Source of the DNA: Zancudomyces culisetae HAW-14-8
Lineage: Eukaryota; Fungi; Kickxellomycota
DNA: 64,000 bases
Direction of reading: 5' to 3'
Assembly (NCBI GenBank): GCA_052426225.1
Contig: JBNJNM010000011.1
Span: 1,984,001 to 2,048,000, forward strand
The notes beneath the pieces are model-generated. The model ran no database searches. It was not told where the DNA came from and saw only the letters and a list, made by a program, of their open reading frames with translations. Numbering within the stretch: position 1 is the stretch's first letter; each line of letters starts with the position of its first letter. Positions 1 to 10,386 of the stretch are shown one piece after another. Made by a program: the position numbers and the translations under genes.

Positions 1-479
1 TAGTTGTATTATTTAGTAAAAGTTGTTTTAGATGACATATTCATAAGCCATTACATGTTGAACACTCAATATCATATATTTCTTAAAAGGGGGTATTTTA
101 TAAAATAGTATCAAAGTTTGAAACAATGTTTTATATCAATTACTTGAACTTATATCGATATTTATCTATAGTACAAAATTAATGTACTTTAACATTTACT
201 AGTATGCTAAATGATTAAGGCCAAGAGGTTAACTATCGCATTAATAGCTATTGTTTTTTTCCTATCCTCTTTAAAGTATAAAATATCGTCTTTAACAATT
301 AAAATATACTTGAAATAATATACTGACAGTCGGACTCTACATTTTTAAAAAAATATTCAAATATAAAAGTCCTATATATATATTTCAAAAGATTCAAAAT
401 GGATATTTGAAAGGTCTATTAGTATATTCTTTATTGAATCTATACTGACAAAATGCAATTCGTGGAAATACAAAGTAAT

Positions 480-900
480 GTTGAATGAGGTAAGTGAAAT
501 CTCATTCTTTGTCAGGTTCTTCAATTGTAAAAACTTATGTTCCATGATATCCGCAAAGGGGTCGCGTGATTCTTCCGGATCGACTTCCATAGAAGTTGCT
601 CCCGAACGATCACTATCAGATGAGTACCTGCCCTCATCCCTTTCTGACTGGATCCACCATGGGTCTTAGTTTACTCATGAAGCCTGACATTCTTTATGTG
701 AGATTTTAATTGTTTCTAATATGTTTTAAACACTAAATATTCATTAACTGGCCGTAGACTATTCCAATTAAACTTGTTATGTATCCTAGACCTGGATTTT
801 ATTTTAAATTATTATTTTTTAACTTTTTGATCTTTTCTTAAAACTATTAAAAGAGCTAAGGAATCTTCATTGAGACCGCCTTTGTTTATATATAACTACT
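480..900 (-). repeat. Degenerate dispersed repeat with coding remnant, copy 1
   Basis: GCTCCCGAACGATCACTAT-AGATGA core and flanks recur at ~50200-50640. Minus-strand peptide DEGRYSSDSDRSGATSMEVDPEESRDPFADI matches DEGR*SSNSDRSGAASVELDPEESRNPFADI in copy 2. Boundaries approximate. Confidence 0.6.
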
Positions 901-1269
901 TCAATTTAACTAAGAATAGCTATATTTAATTAACCTATGTAGCATTCTTTCTCTACTGTGTTCTTGCCTGTTGTTTCGTTTTTACAATCGTTTTGATATT
1001 CAGTTTATTCTTATATTTGTAGCTTATTTACTAACTAATAATCATTGTAATATTATTTTTCATTATATAATTTTGATGTATTAAAATATAATTGGAATAA
1101 CTTGATAATTGTTTAGTTATTAGTGATAGACTTGGTATATAATTCAGTTGCTAGTTTATGTAGTACATAAATTATTTATTTGAAATTTTGAATCCCGATC
1201 TACATATGAATACACTCGACAATATCTTCTATTATTTTTTGGTATTGGTATTATGTAATATTTAGTAGG

Positions 1270-1420
1270 GATGGAGATTTTTGTATGAGTTCAACTTAGA
1301 GTTTTTACCAAGTTCTTACTTTTAAATTACATAATACTATTATACTTTTATTAAAATCATAGGATATAGTATCAATATAAAAATACAGGATAAAATAAAC
1401 ACGGCATTTACCAAATATGA
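1270..1420 (+). pseudogene. Possible highly decayed DIRS-type reverse transcriptase remnant
   Basis: Broken translations F(C)MSS..RVFTK and IGYSINIK resemble the DIRS RT motifs FGLSSAPRVFTK and LGFxINxxKS. Many stops and shifts. Confidence 0.25.
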
Positions 1421-2307
1421 AGACTTTAAGCTAAAGCCCTTAAACAGAGCCTATAACAACAACATCCTATTAAATTGTAATAAATTTATGAATCTCTAGT
1501 AGCATAAGCGACAGTCGAATTAGAATATTAAATATAAAAGTAAACTCATACCCCAAACCTAACAATCCTGTGATAGTTAATTGAATTTGTTCAGATTTAA
1601 AGAACAAGTAGGTTTTGAACTGACCAACACATTACCCAAGTCGTTAAAAGCCCAAATAAAATATCCTACTTAAAGCAAAATCCATCTAATAATATATAAT
1701 TTCCTGAAGACTTTGCAATATCTAATATGTGACTAAATTATTTTGAATTAAATTAATATTTAAGCTAATATCGATTTGTAAAATAAAGCATAAAAAAAAA
1801 TTAATCACAAACAATATTTAAAATAATCTAAAGTTTGAAACATTATACTATAAAGTACTTGTTGTTTCTAAATATATAATTTATTTAAAGCATTAAAATG
1901 GTTACATCGATTATTATACAAATTTAATAATAAAGCCAAGAGTTTATTTTTTTGCTAGAGAAGCGACGAAATTTCTCTTATTCTAGCTTAAAAAAAGAAA
2001 CACCTTGTTAAGAAAGATAAACTATACCTAAACCAATTTGCTGACAAATATTCTGTATATTATATGATAATCCTATACTTTACATATAAAAGTATCTACT
2101 TAATATTACACAAAGTACATTATTATATAATATATGTTATAGCGAAATTATATATACCTAAAATATAGAAATATGCTAATATAAAAGTATAATAACCTGT
2201 AAAATAAAAATACTAAATAAAATAGACATGAAGTGCTACACAAAGCACAGTAATAAATTCTATAAAAATAGACTAATAATGTCTTAGTCTATTTTAGAAA
2301 ACGGAAA

Positions 2308-3290
2308 TATACTTTTGGTAGCAAATCGATTGTAATTCCATAGCAGAATACAGCACCAATTAATGCAAGCATATCAATTAAAAATGCCTGTTAAATAAAG
2401 TTTGAATATCCAAACGAACAGCAAATAAAACGAGAATGACTAACAAAAAGATTCATCTTTAGCCTTTCTTAACCGAATATACTTTAATTATTCGTATTAA
2501 AAACTGGTTAGTGATCTCATAACACTTAGGATTTTTTAAAATTGATAAATATTATAAAATCAATAATAAATAAGTTTATACATTCTTAGCGAAAATAAAA
2601 ACTATTAAGGATCCGAGACAGCGTATAACTGAAAAAATAGTGATATAAAAAATTCAGCCATCATCTTAGTAAAATTATATCAATTAACTTTTAAATCAAC
2701 TATATATTACAGTATATAAAAACAGTGTTATTAAAGAAATAAATGATTAAAATGGTATAATGGTATAGATATTAGATGTATTAAGTTAACTGAAATATTT
2801 TATCATCTAATGTGATGGCAGAGTTTGGTATAGCACTGATTATTCAGTTATACTCAGGTCTCGGATCACTTAACTAGTTCTGTTTGCCGTAATATGAATG
2901 TTTTTATTAACTTTTATTATTGTTGTAATAATAATAAAACACTAAGTAAACTATCTCAATGTAGTGTTAATTTCAATTACTAAGTATGTATATATACGTA
3001 TAAATAAAGATTATTCTGTTAAAAAAGGCTAAAGATGCTATTTTCGTTGTCCGCTCTCGTTATATTCGGTTTGTTATTCATTTTACTATCTTAAATCATT
3101 TTTACTATGTATGCTGCTAGCTCTCATTGGTAGTTATCTTCTACTAAGGAATCGCAATTGATTCGATTGCAAAAGTATGATGCAGTTATACTACAATACT
3201 GTTTATTCCGCTTGCTCTCATTGGTAGTTTAATTCCTAATAATAGCGATTGATTAGCTAGCAAAAAGTACTAGCTGTTATTATAACAGTA
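2308..3290. repeat. Long imperfect palindromic (foldback/MITE-like) element, copy 1
   Basis: Arm ~2308-2690 is the diverged reverse complement of ~2783-3178 (e.g. TAAGGATCCGAGAC..GTATAACTGA vs TCAGTTATAC..GTCTCGGATCACTTA). The right arm recurs closely at ~15742-16135. Confidence 0.7.
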
Positions 3291-3310
3291 ATCAAATGAT
3301 ATATAAAAAT

Positions 3311-3382
3311 CTCCGATACGGGGAATCGAACCCCGGCCGTCTCGGTGAAAGCGAGAAATCCTAGCCACTGGACCATATCGGA
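3311..3382 (-). tRNA. tRNA-Glu(TTC)
   Basis: Reverse complement TCCGATATGGTCCAGTGGCTAGGATTTCTCGC-TTTCA-CCGAG...GTTCGATTCCCCGTATCGGAG forms a 72-nt cloverleaf, followed by a T5 terminator (3305-3309). Confidence 0.97.
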
Positions 3383-3388
3383 ATTACT

Positions 3389-3460
3389 CTCTCGGACCGG
3401 GAATTGAACCCGGGTCTCCAATGTGACAGACTGGGATACTGACCACTATACTATCCGAGA
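3389..3460 (-). tRNA. tRNA-Asp(GTC)
   Basis: Reverse complement TCTCGGATAGTATAGTGGTCAGTATCCCAGTCT-GTC-ACATTGGAGACCCGGGTTCAATTCCCGGTCCGAGAG, 72 nt, 6 nt upstream of tRNA-Glu. Confidence 0.97.
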
Positions 3461-3468
3461 TTACATTG

Positions 3469-3794
3469 TGTCGTATAATTAGTAGCACCTTATTGTATGA
3501 GCACTTTTTCCCAATGGGTTATTCCTCATACAACGTTTATTAGTTTATTATTAGTCTATTTATAGTATTTAAACAATCAGAGGCATACACCTACTGATTA
3601 TTTAGTTAAGAATTGCAACAATATCATAAGGACATGGTTGCAATTGTCAATCATAGCAGCTAATAGCTACACCACGTTGTAAACAACCAACGTGGAAAGT
3701 TAATCTTAGTACATTTTTCTACATATGAGTATAAAAATCATGTCAGAGAATCTAAATAAAAAATCATCAAGTAGTTTAATAAAAATTCACTACA
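3469..3794. mobile_element. Solo LTR (Asp stack member 1)
   Basis: TGTCGTAT...ACTACA flanked by ATTG (3465-3468) and ATTG (3795-3798). Confidence 0.7.
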
Positions 3795-3798
3795 ATTG

Positions 3799-4130
3799 TG
3801 TTATAGAATTTCACAATTCTATGATTATTTAATATTATTATTGTATTATATGTTTATTACTAAGTATAAAATTTTTGTATTATTGTTCTTTTTAATACTA
3901 TATATGTTTAACTTAATATTTTGTTAAGATGTGTTTTTATTTAATTCAAAGTGGGCGGTTGCTTTAACCCCCAGATAATAATATAATTAATGAGGAAATA
4001 TAATGTAAATAACTAACTAAACTATTGGACAAAAACCACAGGGGGAAAAAAGGTCCAATCTCAAAACTATTAACTAAAAACCTAATGAATAAATAAAGCT
4101 AATTATATAAAATCGTATCTTCATACGACA
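3799..4130 (-). mobile_element. Solo LTR, family alpha (Asp stack member 2)
   Basis: TGTTATAG...ATACGACA flanked by ATTG/ATTG. Shares GTGGGCG..TTAACCCCCA..AAAACCAC.GGGGAAAAAGGTCCAAT with LTRs at 21648, 31395 and 47893. Confidence 0.85.
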
Positions 4131-4134
4131 ATTG

Positions 4135-4414
4135 TGTCGTATGTCGGGAAAATTTGCACAATAAGATTTTCCTAGAGAGAATCGCGGGATCGGCGGTTAA
4201 TCTTCTCACAATAGTATCAACCGAACATCCTATTGTGAGCAAAATTAACAATTACTTATTATCCTATCATTTAGTAGTATTTATTAGTATAAACTTATTT
4301 ATTAGTACAACGGAAATTAGATTTAAGCAAAGCTAATTTCCTCTGTTTCGAACTTTACCTTCAAATTTCACAATAAATCGTATACATAGCAACAATAGTA
4401 AATTTTATACGACA
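4135..4414 (+). mobile_element. Solo LTR of element-E family (Asp stack member 3)
   Basis: TGTCGTAT...ATACGACA; close reverse-complement match to the 5' LTR of element E at 44400-44676. Confidence 0.9.
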
Positions 4415-4842
4415 CGTATGAATATATAGATGATAATGTATAGTAGGTTAATCTACTGTAAATCTCTATTATTCATACTGATTGTCTGATTGTTGCAGAT
4501 GCTCGCACATCTGTTTTCACCATTGTGGTTTTCCTTTGTGCAGCAACAATCAGACAAAGGTTTACTTTATTCCTATTAGGATTTTATAGCACTTTATATT
4601 ACAAACTACTTAAATAGCGACGACAAGGTCTAAGGATACCTTGTTCGGGATTTTATACTCTTTCTTCTAGCGTTTATTATACCAACGATAACTAAATAAA
4701 AGATTCTTAACTACAGTTAACTAGTTATTTTAGGAAGGTCCTGGACCAATTTTAAACATTAAGTAATAGTGATTACAGCTTCGTCGTACTGTAATACACT
4801 CAATATTTTTATACAATATACAATTTTTCATACGACAGAATA

Positions 4843-4860
4843 TGGTGATCCAGCCAGGAC
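4843..4860 (+). other. Primer-binding site TGGTGATCCAGCCAGGAC (probably tRNA-Arg type)
   Basis: Begins TGG, 5 nt after the LTR end; identical 18-mer at element D (21206-21223, minus). Its complement resembles eukaryotic tRNA-Arg(ACG) 3' ends; the isotype is inferred. Confidence 0.85.
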
Positions 4861-4993
4861 ACTTCTAAAGTATTCATAGTTGTAGTTACATTGATTTTAT
4901 TTAAGTCATACAAATGACAATACCGAGTTAAGAAAAATCTAGCACTGATCGTGCATTAAACAAAAACAAAACACCGAAAGTACAGAAGTTGTA

Positions 4994-7552
4994 ATGGAAA
5001 AACAGCAGAAGCGAATGGTTAGCAATAAACTTGAACCAGAAAAGTTTAACCCTGATAATGGAGAAGATGCATTAAAGTGGCTAAAGAGATACCATCTCTT
5101 TGCTACACATGGTGGATGGAGTGAAGTAGAGACGGTAGAGATAATGGAATATTATTTCGAGGGAAAGGCGAGAATGTGGTTTGAGATCAATGAGGATAAG
5201 TTCACATCATGGAAGGAATTGGAGCAATTGTTCACAAGCAAGTTTGCTGGAAGGCAGCAAGAATATAATGCATGGGTTGAGATTCAAAACATTAGACAGG
5301 AGCCCGGTGAAGACATTGATATGTTATCATACAGGTTAGGCAAGTTAGCAAAGAATGCTAAGATCACACACGAGCAGATGAAAATTAAATATCTCTGGAA
5401 TGCTGTAACCCCAGAAAAGAGAAGATTGTTAATTAAAGGAGAAGTTCAGACGTACGAAAGCGCAATCAATACATTACGTGAGGAAGAAGACATAGATATG
5501 TTGAGTGGAGTCGTTAACACAAACACTGTGAATAACTTAACGTATCATGGAAGCAGTAATGATGCTCGAAACAAGAATTGTACAGAGATGGAGGTCCTTA
5601 TTGGAAAATTCGATAGCCTAAATGTTAATGTAATGGATTTTATGAAGGCTAATAGTCAAAATAACCAAAGATATGGTAATCGAAACAATAATCAAAATCA
5701 CAATAATTACTTCAACAAAAATAAAGATCAGTTTTCAAACTATCAGCAACAAGATAAAAGAAATTACCAGAGGAATACTTACTCAAATTATGATAATGGA
5801 GACAGAAAACCTGAAGTAAAGAATGATCAAGAGATTCATAAATCGGTACCAAACAACAATGCGGAAGTAAAAGAGATTAACTGTTTGGAAGTGGAAGTGG
5901 AACCAAGTGAATTGTACATGACAGAGAAGAGAAAAAACGCTGAAGAATCTAATGCACAGGCAGGGACAGCCAAAGTAGTAAAGAGATTACACTCCAACAC
6001 TGAAGGAAATGACAGCGAACCAATGGATACGGATCATGTTACTTCTATTCCTGAAGGAAGCAAGAGACCTTCGACCAGTAGGGTTATTAACACTCGTTCA
6101 GCTCAAAGTAGTCAAAAATCGGCAAGTTCATCCAGTAACAATGATATCAAATCGTATTCATTAGTTGAAGATTTAGGAAGAGTAAAAGCAAATATTAGTT
6201 TACCTCAATTAATTGAAATTTCTCCAATCGTTAAATCACAGTTGGAAAGTTTCTATAATAATATTGCTAAGGTTAGGGCTATAAATTCTATATGTAGTGA
6301 AAAAGTTACAAATTGTAGGACAACGGTAGAAATATTAGGAACCGAATGTCTTACAGTGTTAGACACTGGCGCAGCATGCAGTGTAATATCAAGACTTTTG
6401 GTAGAGAAGTTGCAATACAAAGTAGATGCAAGCTCTGCAGAATCAATTATAACCGCCGATGGGGCGCGACACAATACTTTGGGAAAAATTCACAATTTAC
6501 CTATAAAGATAGCAGAAGAGTTATTTGATACTGAAGTTATCATTATGAATATACCAAACAACATATTAATTCTAGGCATTGACTGGATGAAAAAGTATAA
6601 GGCTAATATGGATGTTCAGAAGCAGAAAATAACCATATCAAAGCAGTATGTTACAGTGGAATTACCTTTTACAACTGATGGAGAAGTTCAAGTTAACAGA
6701 TCAGAAAAATCAAGCTATAAGGATATCGAAATTTTTGGGATAGGAAAAGAGATTGTTAATCAGATGGAAAATGCAAATGAAGTAGACCAGAGAATAAAAG
6801 ACTTGATAAACACTTACCAGGATATATTCGCTGAAGAGTACCGGCAACTCACTTCTACTAACGTAGTAGAACACAGTATTGACACAGGTGATGCACAACC
6901 GGTTAAGTTACGACCCTATAGAATTCCTAATGTTATGAAAGATATGGTTAGGAAAGAAATAAAAACAATGGAGCAAAAAGGGATAATTGAACCGTGTGTG
7001 TCAGACTGGTGTGCTCCAGTAGTCACTGTTTGGAGAAAGAATGGAACGTTGAGAATATGTTCTGATTACAGAAAACTTAACTCAGTGACTAAAAAGGATA
7101 ACTACCCACTACCTAATATCAGTGATATATTCGAAGTACTTACAGGTTCTGGTATCTTTAGCACCCTAGATGCGCTGTCGGGGTTTTGGCAGGTTAAATT
7201 GAAAGCAGAAGATAAGCACAAGACTGCATTCACTATCCCAGGGGAGGGGCTATACTGTTACAATGTAATGCCTTTCGGCCTTTGTAACAGCCCTCCAACT
7301 TTTCAACGACTCATGGAACGTGTTTTGCAATCAGTACTGTGGAAGTCTGCTGTTGTTTTTGTCGACGACATCGTTGTGTTTTCTAAAGATGAGGAGCAAC
7401 ATATACTGGATTTAAAACAGGTATTCGATCTATTAAGAAGTAATAAAATAAAATTAAATTCGAGTAAGTGTAGTTTCGGACAAAAGAGACTAAACTATTT
7501 AGGACATGTTATTTCCGTAAACGGGATTGAAACAGATCAAAAAAAAAGTTGA
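4994..7552 (+). CDS. Element A Gag-protease-RT polyprotein (N-terminal part)
   Basis: Gag, protease LDTGA, RT motifs LDALSGFWQ, MPFGL and FVDD. Frame breaks in an A9 run near 7539-7547. Confidence 0.95.
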   Translation: MEKQQKRMVSNKLEPEKFNPDNGEDALKWLKRYHLFATHGGWSEVETVEIMEYYFEGKARMWFEINEDKFTSWKELEQLFTSKFAGRQQEYNAWVEIQNIRQEPGEDIDMLSYRLGKLAKNAKITHEQMKIKYLWNAVTPEKRRLLIKGEVQTYESAINTLREEEDIDMLSGVVNTNTVNNLTYHGSSNDARNKNCTEMEVLIGKFDSLNVNVMDFMKANSQNNQRYGNRNNNQNHNNYFNKNKDQFSNYQQQDKRNYQRNTYSNYDNGDRKPEVKNDQEIHKSVPNNNAEVKEINCLEVEVEPSELYMTEKRKNAEESNAQAGTAKVVKRLHSNTEGNDSEPMDTDHVTSIPEGSKRPSTSRVINTRSAQSSQKSASSSSNNDIKSYSLVEDLGRVKANISLPQLIEISPIVKSQLESFYNNIAKVRAINSICSEKVTNCRTTVEILGTECLTVLDTGAACSVISRLLVEKLQYKVDASSAESIITADGARHNTLGKIHNLPIKIAEELFDTEVIIMNIPNNILILGIDWMKKYKANMDVQKQKITISKQYVTVELPFTTDGEVQVNRSEKSSYKDIEIFGIGKEIVNQMENANEVDQRIKDLINTYQDIFAEEYRQLTSTNVVEHSIDTGDAQPVKLRPYRIPNVMKDMVRKEIKTMEQKGIIEPCVSDWCAPVVTVWRKNGTLRICSDYRKLNSVTKKDNYPLPNISDIFEVLTGSGIFSTLDALSGFWQVKLKAEDKHKTAFTIPGEGLYCYNVMPFGLCNSPPTFQRLMERVLQSVLWKSAVVFVDDIVVFSKDEEQHILDLKQVFDLLRSNKIKLNSSKCSFGQKRLNYLGHVISVNGIETDQKKS

Positions 7553-9626
7553 AGCCATTGAAAAACTTCCAACTCCTACAACTGTAAAAGAACTACAAAG
7601 CTTTCTCGGTACAACGAATTATTACAGGAAATTCATAAATAATTATGCAATGATTGCAGGACCGTTAAACTCTTTATTAAGAAAAGATACAGTATGGAAA
7701 TGGAATATGGAATGCCAAAATGCAATAGATACATTAAAAGTAAAACTAGTTACCGCACCAGTGCTGGCACACCCAAAATGGGATATACCTTTCATAGTTA
7801 CAACCGACGCTTCATTACAAGGTATCGGGGGTATATTAAGCCAAGTTCAGGACCAAAAAGAACATCCTATAGCATATGTAAGTAGATCATTAAAAAAATC
7901 AGAAAAAAACTACTCGATAACTCACCTAGAAGGACTTGCCATAATATTCGCAGTTAACCAGTTCAGAAACTACATCTGGGCAAGGCAATTTAAAATTGTA
8001 ACCGATCATTCAGCGCTGGTCAGACTCTTCGACTCCAAGGAAGCATCAGGAAGGCTAGCTCGATGGGCCATTATTTTGCGAGAATACGACTATACATTAG
8101 AACACCGAAAGGGAAAGAATAACCCTGCAGATCTAATATCGAGGTGTATTCCGGATTATACTACAGACGATACAAATGAAAAAGGTTTAAAAAGTGAAGA
8201 ATTAGTGTATAAGGACTTTAGTTTTATTAACTTTAAAGAAAAGAAAAATGAAGAAAAAGAAATTGTAGGTAAAACAGAAGAAACTACAAACGATGAAGAA
8301 AATTCAAAGGCGTTGTTCTACATGGAATTTATCGATTACACAGTTATAAAAAATTATTTGACTAACAACACTTACCCCTCAAATAGTGACGAAACTTACA
8401 AAAACAAATTACGAACTAAGTCTAAACGTTTCGAATTGAAGAATGACAAATTATACAAATACTCATCTAAATTTGGAATACGAGAGGTATTACACGAGTT
8501 GAATTGTAAGGAAAAAATTATCGAAATTCATAATGAAAATCACCTTGGAATTAACAATACATGGGAATTGGTTAAGAAAAAATATTATTCACCAAAATTA
8601 TTCGAGATTACAAAACATGTTGTAAATTTTTGCGATATTTGTCAACGATATAAATCATCAAGAATAAGAAAAAATTTAGCAAACCCAATAATTGCTACTC
8701 AACCATTCGAAATTATAGGATTAGACATAATAGGACCAATCAATCCAATCTCAACAGAAGGAAATAGATACATTATTTCCGCGATAGATTATTTAACTAA
8801 ATGGCCGATTTGTCGAGCTGTTGAACAAGTTCAATCTGATACTATAATTAATTTTTTAGTTTACGACGTAATAGCCAATTATGGGATACCAAAAAAATTG
8901 ATAACAGATAGAGGATCCAACTTCTTAAGTGACACAGTACTTGAATTTTATGAATTTATGGGCATAAATCATAACCCTACTACAGCTTATAGACCACAAT
9001 CAAATGGTCAAGTAGAAAGGCAAAATCAATACAACAAAAATGTCCTTTCAAAAATTTGCAAAAATGATAAAACAAATTGGGATAAATATTTATGGAAAGT
9101 TTTATTGGTTATAAGAAGAACTAAAAATAGGGTTACAAAAAAATCGCCTGCAGAGCTATTATATGGTTTAAATATCACTACACCAGAGTCATGGAATAAC
9201 ATTAATACTAATGAAAACTTAGATGAGGCAATATTAGAGCGACTTGAATTTGTTAATAAAAATTTTAAAGAATTGAGAGAGCTAGTAGTAGATAAACTAA
9301 AAACTAATAAAAAATATGAGAAATATAGGTACGACAGCAATGTAAAAGAATACAAATTTAGTGAAGGACAGCAGGTGTTAAAGCACAATGATAATCCAGA
9401 ATCGAAATTTGCAGAGAAATGGAAGGGGCCATACGAAGTAGTTAGAGTGCTAGAAAATGGAACATATATGGTACGCGATTTGAACAACAATCACGATATA
9501 ATCAATGGCGATAGACTCAAGCCATATAACACGATCGGAATTCCAAATGTGATTTCGACACGAATAATTTCGAGTTTACGAGATCAGAGAGATAGGAGGA
9601 GGTCGATAGGGACTATCGAACCTTAA
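7527..9626 (+). CDS. Element A RT thumb-RNase H-integrase (continuation after frameshift)
   Basis: TDAS RNase H, HHCC (H.GIN..CDIC), integrase core LDIIG/TDRG/QSNGQVER, GPY module WKGPY; no chromodomain. Confidence 0.95.
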   Translation: MKQIKKKVEAIEKLPTPTTVKELQSFLGTTNYYRKFINNYAMIAGPLNSLLRKDTVWKWNMECQNAIDTLKVKLVTAPVLAHPKWDIPFIVTTDASLQGIGGILSQVQDQKEHPIAYVSRSLKKSEKNYSITHLEGLAIIFAVNQFRNYIWARQFKIVTDHSALVRLFDSKEASGRLARWAIILREYDYTLEHRKGKNNPADLISRCIPDYTTDDTNEKGLKSEELVYKDFSFINFKEKKNEEKEIVGKTEETTNDEENSKALFYMEFIDYTVIKNYLTNNTYPSNSDETYKNKLRTKSKRFELKNDKLYKYSSKFGIREVLHELNCKEKIIEIHNENHLGINNTWELVKKKYYSPKLFEITKHVVNFCDICQRYKSSRIRKNLANPIIATQPFEIIGLDIIGPINPISTEGNRYIISAIDYLTKWPICRAVEQVQSDTIINFLVYDVIANYGIPKKLITDRGSNFLSDTVLEFYEFMGINHNPTTAYRPQSNGQVERQNQYNKNVLSKICKNDKTNWDKYLWKVLLVIRRTKNRVTKKSPAELLYGLNITTPESWNNINTNENLDEAILERLEFVNKNFKELRELVVDKLKTNKKYEKYRYDSNVKEYKFSEGQQVLKHNDNPESKFAEKWKGPYEVVRVLENGTYMVRDLNNNHDIINGDRLKPYNTIGIPNVISTRIISSLRDQRDRRRSIGTIEP

Positions 9627-10386
9627 GGGTGGGATGTCGTATGAATATATAGATGATAATGTATAGTAGGTTAATCTACTGTAAATCTCTATTATTCATA
9701 CTGATTGTCTGATTGTTGCAGATGCTCGCACATCTGTTTTCACCATTGTGGTTTTCCTTTGTGCAGCAACAATCAGACAAAGGTTTACTTTATTACTATT
9801 ATGATTTTATAGCACTTTATATTACAAACTACTTAAATAGCGACGACAAGGTCTAAGGATACCTTGTTCGGGATTTTATACTCTTTCTTCTAGCGTTTAT
9901 TATACCAACGATAATGTCATGAACTGATTCTAGCATGTTCGAAAACGTTCTAGAATCATCTGATTTTATTCCGCAGTAATGTTTAGAATGTTGGGAAACA
10001 TTCTAGAACATTTCCGAAAATTCACATTATTTATTAATTTTTCTTACGTAATAATTTTCACATGTTTAATTTTATTAGCATTCGAGTTTGATTTTTGTTT
10101 GATTACTAATTCAAATTGATTAGTAATCAAACACGTTTTACTTTAACTTGCATTTTTAGCTATTCCGCAGTTTTCATAGTGATTTTGTTCAAAAACCAAG
10201 GCTGGAAAAAAGTATAAAAAGGGTACAATTTTCCTGTCTTGGATTCAGTATCTAGTATCTTGTATACATTCATACAATAAACTTTAATAATAATAAATAT
10301 AACTCTCCTGACTCCAGATCTTGACACTATACTAGATCAAAATATTATATTTATTATTTTCTGACACCAGACTAAGTATTTTAACC

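Larger units (their letters stand above)
4415..9914 (+). mobile_element. Ty3/Gypsy element A (tRNA-primed, no chromodomain); 3' LTR split by element B, remainder inverted at 31722-31871
   Basis: 5' LTR 4415-4837 (lacks terminal TGT), PBS 4843-4860, gag-pol, PPT 9625-9634, 3' LTR from 9635 with about 2 differences from the 5' LTR before the interruption at 9914. Confidence 0.95.
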
